Assembly: GCF_009834535.1 (NCBI RefSeq) | Contig: NC_045697.1 | Location: 118,980,001-119,044,000, forward strand | Length of the DNA stretch: 64,000 nt | DNA from: Camelus ferus | Lineage: Eukaryota | Reading direction: 5' to 3' | Part shown: piece by piece, positions 23,830-36,649 of the stretch | Layout: each line of letters starts with the position of its first letter | How positions within the stretch are numbered: the stretch's first letter is position 1 | Position numbers and translations under genes: made by a program | The notes under the pieces: model-generated | The model's database searches: none | The model's input: only the letters and a program-made list of their open reading frames with translations | Told to the model about the DNA's origin: nothing

Positions 23830-26800
23830 CATGCTCATTTCTGAGAGATCAGTGTGTGTGAAAGCCGTCCTTCACCTATCTTGAAGGGAACACAAAGTTC
23901 TTTTCAGTTGCAAACTCCACTCCATACATATATATGAGTAGGTACTAGTTCCAACTCTGTTTTACAGAGATATCTGCAGGAACTTCAAACAGGCACTAGG
24001 AATCAGACTGAGGAAACAGTGTAAAAGTTTCTCCTGCAACCCGTTAAGTTTGTGCTAGATGAACGAATGTCTCTCCACATAGTCAGTTTTGAGAAATAAG
24101 TGTTTGTGAAAGCTGTACTTCAACTAGCTTGTTGGGAACACAAAGTTTCTTTTCAGTTGCAAACTCCACTCCATACATATATATGGGGAGGTACTAGCAC
24201 CAACTCGTTTTAACAGTGAAAACTGTAGGAACTTCAAACCGGCACTAGGAAAAAGACTGAGAAACCAGAGTAATAGTTTCTCCTCCAAACCTTTCCTTTT
24301 GTGCTAGATGAACGAACGTCTCTCCACATGCTCAGTTTTGAGGGATAAGTTTGTGTGAAAAAAGTCCTTCACCTAGCTTGTTTGTAAGGCAAAGTTTCTT
24401 TTCCTTTGCAAACTCCACTCCATACATATATATGGGGAGGTACAAGCTCCAACACGGTTTTACAGTGAAAACAGCAGGAACTTCAAACTGGCACTAGGAA
24501 ACAGACTGAGAAACCAGAGTAAAAGTTTCTCCTGCAACCCGTGCCCATTTTGCTAGAAGAACGAACGTCGGTCCATATGCTCAGTTTTGAGAGACAATTG
24601 TGTGTGAAAGCCGTCCTTCACCTAGCTTGTTGGGAACAGAAAGTTTCCTTTCGGTAGCAAACACCACTCCTTTCATATATATGTGGCGGTTCTAGGTCCA
24701 ACTCAGTTTAACAGTGAAAACTGCAGGAACTTCATACCGGCACTAGGAAACAGACTGAGAAACCAGAGTAAATGTTTCCCTGCAACCGGTTCCCTTTGTG
24801 CTAGATGAACGAACGTCTCTCCACATGCTCTGTTCTGAGATATAAGTGTGTGTGAAAGCCGTCCTTCAACTAGCTTGTTTGGAAAACAAAGTTACTTTTT
24901 ATTTGCAAACCCACTCCATACATATATATGGGTGGTACTAGCTAAATCTCGGTTTTACAGTGAAAACTGCAGGAACTTCAAACCGGCACTAGGAAATAGA
25001 CTGAGAAACCAGAGTAAAAGTTTCCCCTACAACCCGTTCCTTTTGTGCTAGATGAACGAACGTCTCTCCATATGCTCAGTTCAGAGATATAAGTGTGTAT
25101 AAGCCGTTCTTCACCTAGTTTGTAGGGAACAGAACGTTTCCTTTCAGGTGCAAACTCCACTCCATACATATATATGGGGAGTTACTAGTTCCAACTCGGT
25201 TTAACAGTGAAAACTGCAGGAAATTCAAACCGGCACTAGGAAATAGACTGAGAAACCAGAATAAAAGTTTCTCCTGCAACAAGTTCCCTTTGTTCTAGAT
25301 GAACGAAAGTCTCTCCACATGCTCAGTTCTCAGAAATAACTGAGTGTGAAATCCGTCCTTCACCTAGCTTGTTGGGAACACAAAGTTCCTTTTCAGTTGC
25401 AAACTCCAGTCCATAGATATATATGGGGAGGTACAAGCTCCAACTCGGTTTTACAGTGAAAACTGCATTAACTTCAAACCGGCACAAGGAAACAGACTGA
25501 GAATCCAGAGTAATAGTTTCTCCTGCAACCCGTTCCCTTTTTGCTAGATGAACGAACGTCTCTCCATATGCTCAGTTCTGAGAGATACGTGTGTTTGAAA
25601 GCCGTCCTTCACCTAGCTTGTTGGGAACACAAAGTTTCTTTTCATTTGCAAACTCCACTCCATATATATATATGGGGAATTACTAGCTCCAACTCGGTTT
25701 TACAGTGAAAACTGCAAGAACTTCAAAACGGCACTAAGAAACAGAGTGAGAAACCACAGAAGAAGTTGCCCCTACAACCCGATCCCTTGGTGCTAGATGA
25801 ACGAAAGTCTCTTCACATGCTCAGTTCTCAGAGGAAACTATGAGTGAAAGCCGTATTTCACCTAGTTTGTAGGGAACACAATGTTTCTTTTCAGTAGCAA
25901 ACTCCACTCCAAACATATATATGTGTCGGTTCTAGGTCCAACTCTGTTTAACAGTGAAAACTGCAGGAACTTCAAACCGGTACTTGGAAACAGACTGAGA
26001 AACCAAAGTAAAAGTTTCACCTGCAACCCGTTCCCTTGGTGCTAGATGAACGAAAGTCTCTCCACATGCTCTGTTCTGAGATATAAGTGTGTGTGAAAGA
26101 CGTCCTTCAACTAGCTTGTTTGGAAAACAAAGTTTCTTTTCATTTGCAAACCCACTCCATACATATATATGGGTGCTACTAGCTAAATCTCGGTTTTACA
26201 GTGAAAACTGCAGGAACTTCAAACCGGCACTAGGAAATAGACTGAGAAACCAGAGTAAAAGTTTCCCCTACAACCCGTTCCATTTGTGCTAGATGAACGA
26301 ACGTTTCTCCATATGCTCAGTTCAGAGATATAAGTGTGTATAAGCCGTTCTCCACCTAGTTTGTAGGGAACAGAACGTTTCCTTTCAGGTGCAATTTCCA
26401 CTCCATACATATATATGGGGAGTTAATAGTTCCAACTCGGTTTAACAGTGAAAACTGCAGGAAATTCAAATCGGCACTAGGAAATAGACTGAGAAACCAG
26501 AATAAAAGTTTCTCCTGCAACAAGTTCCCTTTGTTCTAGATGAACGAAAGTCTCTCCACATGCTCAGTTCTCAGAAATAAACTGAGTGTGAAATCCGTCC
26601 TTCATCTAGCTTGTTGGGAACACAAAGTTCCTTTTCAGTTGCAAACTCCACTCCATACATATATATGGGGAGGTACAAGCTCCAACTCGGTTTTACAGTG
26701 AAAACTGCATTAACTTCAAACCGGCACTAGGAAACAGACTGAGAATCCACAGTAAAAGTTCCCCTGCAAACCGTTCCCTTTGTGCTAGATGAACGAACGT

Positions 26801-29800
26801 CTCTGCACATGCTCAGTTCTGAGAGATAATTGTGTGTGAAAGCCGTCCTTGCCCTAACTTGTTCGGAACACAAAGTTTCTTTTCAGTTGCAAACTCCACT
26901 CCATACATATATATGGGGAGGTACAAGCTCCAACTCGGTTTTACAATGAAAACTGCAGGAACTTCAAACCGGCACTAGGAAACAGACTGAGAAACCAGAG
27001 TAAATGTTTCTCCTGCAACCTGTTCCCCTTGTGCTAGATGAACGAACGTCTCTCCACATGCTCAGTTATGAGAGATAAGTGTGTGTGAAAGCCGTCCTTC
27101 AACAAGCTTGTAGGGAACACAAAGTTTCTTTTCACTTGCAAACTCCACTCCATACATATATATGGGGAGGTCCTAGGTCCAACTCGGTTTTACAGTGTAA
27201 ACTGCAGGAACTTCAAACCGGAACTAGAAAACAGACTGACAACACAGAGTAAAAGTTTCTCCTGCAACCCGTTCCCTTTGTGCTAGATGAACGAACGTGT
27301 CTCCACATGCTCATTTCTGAGATATTAGTGTGGGTGAAAGCCGTCCTTCACCTAGCTTGTTGGGAACACAAAGTTTGTTTTCAGTTGCAATCTCCACTCC
27401 ATACATATATATGGGGAGGTAGTAGCTCCAACTCGGTTTAACAGTGAAAAGTGCAGGAATTTCAAACCGGCACTAGGAAAGAGACTGAGAAACCAGAGTA
27501 AAAGTTTCTCCTGTAACCCGTTCCCTTGTTGCTAGATGAACGAAAGTCTCTCCACATGGTCAGTTCTGAGATATAATTGTGTGTGAAAGCCGTCCTTCAA
27601 CTAGCTTGTTGGGAAAACAAAGTTTCTTTTCAGTTGCAAACTCCACTCCATATATATACATGGGTGGTAGTAGCTCCAACTCGGGTTTACAGTGAAAACT
27701 GCAGAAAATTCAAACCGGCATTAGGAAACAGACTGAGAAACCAGAGAAAAAGTTTCTCCTGCAACCGATTCCCTTTGTGCTAGATGAACGAACGTCTCTC
27801 CACATGCTCAGTTCTGAGATATAAGTGTGTGTGAAAGCCATTCATCAACTAGCTTGTTGGTAACAAAAAGAATCTTTTCAGTTGCAAACTCCACTCCATA
27901 CATATATATGGGGAGGTACTAGCTCCAACTCTGTTTTACAGTGAAAACTGCAGGAACTTCAAACCGGCACTCGGAAACAGACTTAGAAAACAGAATAAAA
28001 GTTTCACCTGCAACCAGATCCCTTTGTGCTAGATGAACGAACCTCTCACCATATGCTCAGTTCAGAGATATAAGTGTGTATAAGCCGTTCTTCACCTAGT
28101 TTGTAGGGAACAGAACGTTTCCTTTCAGGAGCAAACTCCACTCCATACATATATATGGGGAGTTACTAGCTCCAACTCAGTTTAACAGTGAAAAATGCAG
28201 GAATTTAAACCGGCTCTAGGAAAAAGACTGAGATACCAGAGTAAAGTTTCTCCTCCAAACCTTTCCCTTTGTGCTAGATGAACGAACGTCTCTCCACATG
28301 CTCAGATCTGAAAAATACTTGTGTGTGAAAGCCGTCCTTCACCTATTTTGTTGGAACACAAAGTTTCTTTTCCGTTGCAAACTCCACTCCATATATATAT
28401 ATGGGTAGGTACAAGCTGCAACTCAGTTTTACAGTGAAAACTGCATTAACTTCAAACCGGCACTAGGAAAAAGACTGAGAAACCAGAGTAATTGTTTCTC
28501 CTTCAACCGATTCCCTTTGTGCTAGATGAACGAACGTCTCTCCACATGCTCAGTTCTGAGATATATGTGTGTGTGAAAGCCGTCCTTCAACTAGCTTGTT
28601 GAGAACACAAAGTTTCTTTTCAGTTGCAAACTCCACTCCATACATATATATGGGGAGGTACTTGGTCCAACTCGGTTTTACAGTGTAAACTGCAGAAACT
28701 TCAAACCGGAACTAGAAAACAGACTGAAAACACAGAGTAAAAGTTCCTCCAGCAACCAGTTCCCTTTTTTCTAGATGAACGAACGTCTCTGCACATGCTC
28801 ATTTCTGAGATATAAGTGTGGGTGAAAGCCGTCCTTCACATAGCTTGTTGGGAACACAAAGTTTGTTTTCAGTTGCAATCTCCACTCCATACATATATAT
28901 GGGGAGGTACTAGCTCCAACTCTGTTTAACAGTGAATGCTGCAGGAATTTCAAACCGGCACTAGGAAACTGTTTGAGAAACCAGAGTAAAAGTTTCTCCT
29001 GCAACCCGTTCCCTTTGTGCTAGATGAACGAACGTCTCTCCACATGCTCATTTCTGAGAGATCAGTGTGTGTGAAAGCCGTCCTTCACCTATCTTGAAGG
29101 GAACACAAAGTTTCTTTTCAGTTGCAAACTCCACTCCATACATATATATGAGTAGGTACTAGTTCCAACTCTGTTTTACAGAGATATCTGCAGGAACTTC
29201 AAACCGGCACTAGGAAACAGATTGAGGAAACAGTGTAAAAGTTTCTCCTGCAACCCGTTAAGTTTGTGCTAGATGAACGAATGTCTCTCCACATAGTCAG
29301 TTTTGAGAAATAAGTGTTTGTGAAAGCTGTACTTCAACTAGCTTGTTGGGAACACAAAGTTTCTTTTCAGTTGCAAACTCCACTCCATACATATATATGG
29401 GGAGGTACTAGCACCAACTCGTTTTAACAGTGAAAACTGTAGGAACTTCAAACCGGCACTAGGAAAAAGACTGAGAAACCAGAGTAATAGTTTCTCCTCC
29501 AAACCTTTCCTTTTGTGCTAGATGAACGAACGTCTCTCCACATGCTCAGTTTTGAGGGATAAGTTTGTGTGAAAAAAGTCCTTCACCTAGCTTGTTTGTA
29601 AGGCAAAGTTTCTTTTCCTTTGCAAACTCCACTCCATACATATATATGGGGAGGTACAAGCTCCAACACGGTTTTACAGTGAAAACAGCAGGAACTTCAA
29701 ACTGGCACTAGGAAACAGACTGAGAAACCAGAGTAAAAGTTTCTCCTGCAACCCGTGCCCATTTTGCTAGAAGAACGAACGTCGGTCCATATGCTCAGTT

Positions 29801-32800
29801 TTGAGAGACAATTGTGTGTGAAAGCCGTCCTTCACCTAGCTTGTTGGGAACAGAAAGTTTCCTTTCGGTAGCAAACACCACTCCTTTCATATATATGTGG
29901 CGGTTCTAGGTCCAACTCAGTTTAACAGTGAAAACTGCAGGAACTTCAAACCGGCACTAGGAAACAGACTGAGAAACCAGAGTAAATGTTTCCCTGCAAA
30001 CCGGTTCCCTTTGTGCTAGATGAACGAACGTCTCTCCACATGCTCTGTTCTGAGATATAAGTGTGTGTGAAAGCCGTCCTTCAACTAGCTTGTTTGGAAA
30101 ACAAAGTTACTTTTTATTTGCAAACCCACTCCATACATATATATGGGTGGTACTAGCTAAATCTCGGTTTTACAGTGAAAACTGCAGGAACTTCAAACCG
30201 GCACTAGGAAATAGACTGAGAAACCAGAGTAAAAGTTTCCCCTACAACCCGTTCCTTTTGTGCTAGATGAACGAACGTCTCTCCATATGCTCAGTTCAGA
30301 GATATAAGTGTGTATAAGCCGTTCTTCACCTAGTTTGTAGGGAACAGAACGTTTCCTTTCAGGTGCAAACTCCACTCCATACATATATATGGGGAGTTAC
30401 TAGTTCCAACTCGGTTTAACAGTGAAAACTGCAGGAAATTCAAACCGGCACTAGGAAATAGACTGAGAAACCAGAATAAAAGTTTCTCCTGCAACAAGTT
30501 CCCTTTGTTCTAGATGAACGAAAGTCTCTCCACATGCTCAGTTCTCAGAAATAACTGAGTGTGAAATCCGTCCTTCACCTAGCTTGTTGGGAACACAAAG
30601 TTCCTTTTCAGTTGCAAACTCCAGTCCATAGATATATATGGGGAGGTACAAGCTCCAACTCGGTTTTACAGTGAAAACTGCATTAACTTCAAACCGGCAC
30701 TAGGAAACAGACTGAGAATCCAGAGTAATAGTTTCTCCTGCAACCCGTTCCCTTTTTGCTAGATGAACGAACGTCTCTCCATATGCTCAGTTCTGAGAGA
30801 TACGTGTGTTTGAAAGCCGTCCTTCACCTAGCTTGTTGGGAACACAAAGTTTCTTTTCATTTGCAAACTCCACTCCATATATATATATGGGGAATTACTA
30901 GCTCCAACTCGGTTTTACAGTGAAAACTGCAAGAACTTCAAAACGGCACTAAGAAACAGAGTGAGAAACCATAGAAGAAGTTGCCCCTACAACCCGATCC
31001 CTTGGTGCTAGATGAACGAAAGTCTCTCCACATGCTCAGTTCTCAGAAATAACTGAGTGTGAAATCCGTCCTTCATCTAGCTTGTTGGGAACACAAAGTT
31101 CCTTTTCAGTTGCAAAATCCACTCCATACATATATATGGGGAGGTACAAGCTCCAACTCGGTTTTACAGTGAAAACTGCATTAACTTCAAACCGGCACTA
31201 GGAAACAGACTGAGAATCCACAGTAAAAGTTCCCCTGCAAACCGTTCCCTTTGTGCTACATGAACGAACGTCTCTACACATGCTCAGTTCTGAGAGATAA
31301 TTGTGTGTGAAAGCCGTCCTTGCCCTAACTTGTTCGGAACACAAAGTTTCTTTTCAGTTGCAAACTCCACTCCATACATATATATGGGGAGGTACAAGCT
31401 CCAACTCGGTTTTACAATGAAAACTGCAGGAACTTCAAACCGGCACTAGGAAACAGACTGAGAAACCAGAGTAAATGTTTCTCCTGCAACCTGTTCCCCT
31501 TGTGCTAGATGAACGAACGTCTCTCCACATGCTCAGTTATGAGAGATAAGTGTGTGTGAAAGCCGTCCTTCAACAAGCTTGTAGGGAACACAAAGTTTCT
31601 TTTCACTTGCAAACTCCACTCCATACATATATATGGGGAGGTCCTAGGTCCAACTCGGTTTTACAGTGTAAACTGCAGGAACTTCAAACCGGAACTAGAA
31701 AACAGACTGACAACACAGAGTAAAAGTTTCTCCTGCAACCCGTTCCCTTTGTGCTAGATGAACGAACGTGTCTCCACATGCTCATTTCTGAGATATTAGT
31801 GTGGGTGAAAGCCGTCCTTCACCTAGCTTGTTGGGAACACAAAGTTTGTTTTCAGTTGCAATCTCCACTCCATACATATATATGGGGAGGTAGTAGCTCC
31901 AACTCGGTTTAACAGTGAAAAGTGCAGGAATTTCAAACCGGCACTAGGAAAGAGACTGAGAAACCAGAGTAAAAGTTTCTCCTGTAACCCGTTCCCTTGT
32001 TGCTAGATGAACGAAAGTCTCTCCACATGGTCAGTTCTGAGATATAATTGTGTGTGAAAGCCGTCCTTCAACTAGCTTGTTGGGAAAACAAAGTTTCTTT
32101 TCAGTTGCAAACTCCACTCCATATATATACATGGGTGGTAGTAGCTCCAACTCGGGTTTACAGTGAAAACTGCAGAAAATTCAAACCGGCATTAGGAAAC
32201 AGACTGAGAAACCAGAGAAAAAGTTTCTCCTGCAACCGATTCCCTTTGTGCTAGATGAACGAACGTCTCTCCACATGCTCAGTTCTGAGATATAAGTGTG
32301 TGTGAAAGCCATTCATCAACTAGCTTGTTGGTAACAAAAAGAATCTTTTCAGGTGCAAACTCCACTCCATACATATATATGGGGAGGTACTAGCTCCAAC
32401 TCTGTTTTACAGTGAAAACTGCAGGAACTTCAAACCGGCACTCGGAAACAGACTTAGAAAACAGAATAAAAGTTTCACCTGCAACCAGATCCCTTTGTGC
32501 TAGATGAACGAACCTCTCACCATATGCTCAGTTCAGAGATATAAGTGTGTATAAGCCGTTCTTCACCTAGTTTGTAGGGAACAGAACGTTTCCTTTCAGG
32601 AGCAAACTCCACTCCATACATATATATGGGGAGGTACTTGGTCCAACTCGGTTTTACAGTGTAAACTGCAGAAACTTCAAACCGGAACTAGAAAACAGAC
32701 TGAAAACACAGAGTAAAAGTTCCTCCAGCAACCAGTTCCCTTTTTTCTAGATGAACGAACGTCTCTGCACATGCTCATTTCTGAGATATAAGTGTGGGTG

Positions 32801-33020
32801 AAAGCCGTCCTTCACATAGCTTGTTGGGAACACAAAGTTTGTTTTCAGTTGCAATCTCCACTCCATACATATATATGGGGAGGTACTAGCTCCAACTCGG
32901 TTTAACAGTGAATGCTGCAGGAATTTCAAACCGGCACTAGGAAACTGTTTGAGAAACCAGAGTAAAAGTTTCTCCTGCAACCCGTTCCCTTTGTGCTAGA
33001 TGAACGAACGTCTCTCCACA
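23830..33020 (+). repeat. HOR domain 1: 21-monomer unit (~5.21 kb) followed by a 16-monomer deletion derivative
   Basis: Identical ORF-track peptides occur at offsets 5215 (24848/30063), 4471 (27577/32048) and 3976 (28771/32747), i.e. 21, 18 and 16 monomers. Diagnostic variants such as gagatcagtg...tatcttgaaggg are shared at ~23845 and ~29058. Confidence 0.85.
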
Positions 33021-36000
33021 TGCTCAGTTCTGAGATATAAGTGGTTGTGAAAGCCGTACTTCAACTAGCTTGTTGGGAAAACAAATTTTCCTTTCATTTG
33101 CAAACTCCACTCCATACATTTATATGTGGAGGTACTAGCTCCAACTCGGGTTTACAGTGAAAACTGCAGGAACTTCAAACAAGAACTATGAAGCAGACTG
33201 AGAAACAAGAGAAAAAGTTTCTCCTGCAACCCGTTCGCCTGGTGCTAGATGAAAGAATGTCTCTCCATATGCTCAGTTCTGAGAGATAAGTGTGTTAAAG
33301 CCGCACTTCATCTAGCTTGTTGGGAAAACAAAGATTCTTTTCAGTTGCAAACTCCCCTCCATAAATATATATGGGTAGGTATAAGCTCCAGCTAGGTTTA
33401 ACATTGAATACTACAGGAAATTCAAAACGGCACTAGGAAACAGACTGAGATACCACAGTAAAAGTTCCCCTGCAAACCGTTCCCTTTTTGCTAGATGAAC
33501 GAACATCTCTACACATGCTCAGTTCTGAGAGATAATTGTGTGTGAAAGCCGTCCTTGACCTAACTTGTTCGGAACACAAAGTTTCTTTTCAGTTGCAAAC
33601 TCCACTCCATACATATATATGGGGAGGTACAAGCTCCAACTCGGTTTTACAATGAAAACTGCAGGAACTTCAAACCGGCACTAGGAAACAGACTGAGAAA
33701 CCAGAGTAAAAGTTTCTCCTGCAACCCGTTCCATTTTGCTAGAAGAACGAACGTCTCTCCATATGCTCAGTTTTGAGGGATATGTGTGTGTGAAAGCCGT
33801 CCTTCACCTAGCTTGTTGGGAACACAAAATTTCTTTTCAGTTGCAAACTCCACTCCATACATATATATGAGGTGGTACTAGCTCCAAACGGTTTTACAGA
33901 GAAAACTGCTGGAACTTCAAACCGGCACTAGGAAACAGACTGAGGAAACAGAGTAAAATTTCTCCTGCAACCCATTAAGTTTGTGGTAGATGAATGAATG
34001 TCTCTTATGCTCATTTCTGAGAAATAAGTGTTTGTGAAAGCTGTTCTTCAACTAGCTTGTTGGGAACACAAAGTTTCTTTTCAGTTGCAAACTCCACTCC
34101 ATACATATATATGGGGAGGTACAAGCTCCAACTCGTTTTAACAGTGAAAAATGCAGGATCTTCAAACAGGCAGTAGGAAAAATACTGAGAAACCAGAGTA
34201 AAAGTTTATCCTGCTATCCGTTCCTTTTGTGCTCGATAAAAGAACGTCTCTCAACATGCTCAGTTCTGAGAGATAAGTGTGTGTGAAAGCCGTTCTTCAC
34301 CTAGCTTGTTGGGAACCCAAAGTTTCTTTTCAAGTGCCAACTCCACTCCATACATATATATGGGGAGGTACAAGCTCAAAATCTGTTTTACACTGAAAAC
34401 TGCAGGACCTTCAAACCGGCACTAGGAAACATACTGAGGAACCAGATTAAAAGTTACTCCTGCAACCCGTTCCCTTTTTGCTAGATGAACGAACGTCTTT
34501 CCACGTGCTCAGTTCTGAGAGTTAAGTGTGTGAAAGCCGTCCTTCACCTAGTTTGTTTGGAACACAAATTTTCATTTCAGTTGCAAACTACACTGCATAC
34601 ATATATATGGGGAGGTAATAGTTCCAAGTTGATTTTACAGTGAAAACTGCAGGAACTGCAAGCAGCACTAGGAAACAGACTGATATATCAGAGTAAAAGT
34701 TTCTCCTGCAACCCGTTCCTTTTGTGCTAGATGAACGAACGTCTATCTATATGCTCAGTTCAGAGAAATAATTGTGTTTGAAAGCCGTACATCACCTAGG
34801 TTGTAGGGAACAGAACGTTTCCTTTCAGGTGCAAACTCCAATTCCATATATATATATTGGGAGGTAATAGATCCAACTTGGTTTTACAGAGAAAACTGCA
34901 GGAACTTCAAACCGGCACTAGGAAACAGACTGAGAAACAAGAGTAAAAGTTTCCCCTGCAACCCGTTCCATTTGTGCTAGATGAACGAACGTCTCTCCTC
35001 ATGCTCAGTTCTGAGAGTTAAGTGTGTGAAAGCCGTCCTTCAGCCAGCTTGTTGGGAACACAAAGTTTCTTTTCAGTTACAAACTCCACTCCATGCAAAT
35101 ATATGGGGTGGTAATAGCTCCAACACTGTTTTACAGTGAAAACTGCAGGACCTTCAAACCTGCACTAGGGAACAGACTTAGAAACCAGAGTAAAAGTTTC
35201 TCCGGCAACCCGTTTCCTTTGTGCTAGATGAACGAACGTCTCTCCACATGCTCAGTTCTGAGAGATATGTGTGTGTGAAATCCGTCCTTCACCATGCTTG
35301 TAGGGAACACAAAGTTTCTTTTCAGTTGCAAACTCCACTCCATACATATAAATGGGAGGTACTTGCTCCAACTCGGTTTTATAGTGAAAACCGCAGGAAC
35401 TTCTAAATGACACTAGGAAACAGACTGAGGAACCAGAGTAAAAGTTACTCCTGATACCCGTTTCTTTTGTGCTAGATGAACGAACGTCTCTCCATATGCT
35501 CAGTTCAGAGAGATAAGTTTGTGTGAAAGCCGTCCTTCACCTAGCCTGTTGGGAACAGAACGTTTACTTTCAGATGAAAATTCCACTCCATACATATATA
35601 TGGGGAGGTACTAGCTCCAACTCGGTTTAACAGTGAAAACTGCAGGAACGTCAAACCGGCACTAGGAAACAGACTGAGAAACCAGAGTAAAAGTTTCTCC
35701 TGCAACCCGTTCCTTTTGTGCTAGATGAACGAACGTCTCTCCACATGCTCAGTTCTCAGAGATAAGTGTGTGTGAAAGCCGAACTTCACCTAGCTTGTTG
35801 GGAATACAAAGTTCCTTTTCCATTGCAAACTCCACTCCATACATATATATGGGGAGGTACTAGCTCCAACTCGGTTTTACAGTGAAAACTGCAGGAACGT
35901 CAAACTGGCACTAGGAAACAGACTGAGAAACCACAGTAAAATTTCCCCTGCAACCCGTTTCTTTTGTGCTAGATGAACGAACGTCTCTCCACATGCTCAG

Positions 36001-36649
36001 TTCTGAGATATAAGTGTGTGTGAAAGCCGTCCTTCACCTAGTTTGTAGGGAACAGAAAGTTTCCTTTCATTTGCAAACTCCACTCCATACATATATATTG
36101 GGAGTTTCTAGTTTCAACTCGGTTTAACAGTGAAATTTGCAGGAACTTCAAACCGGCACTAGGAAACAGACTGAGAAACCAGGGTAAAAGTTTCTCCTGC
36201 AACCCTTTCCCTTTGTGCTAGATGAACGAACGTCTCTCCACATGCTCATTTCGGACAGATAAGTGAGTGTGAAATACTTCATTCACCTAGCTTGTTGGGA
36301 ACACAAAGTTCCTTTTCAGATGCAAACTCCACTCCTTACATATATATGGTGAGGTACTAGCTCCAACTCGTATTAACTGTGAAAACTGCAGGACAATCAA
36401 ACCGCCTCTAGGAAATAGACTGAGAATTCAGGGTAAAAGTTTCTCCTGCATCAAGGTCCCTTTGTGCTAGATGAACGAAAGTCTCTCCACATGCTCAGTT
36501 CTGAGAGATAAGTGAGGGTGAAAGCCGTCCTTCACCTAGATTGTTGGGAACACAAAGTTTCTTTTCAGTTGCAAACTCCACTCCATACATATATATGGGG
36601 AAGTACTAGCTCCAACTCGGTTTTACAGTGAAAACTGCAAGAACTTCAA

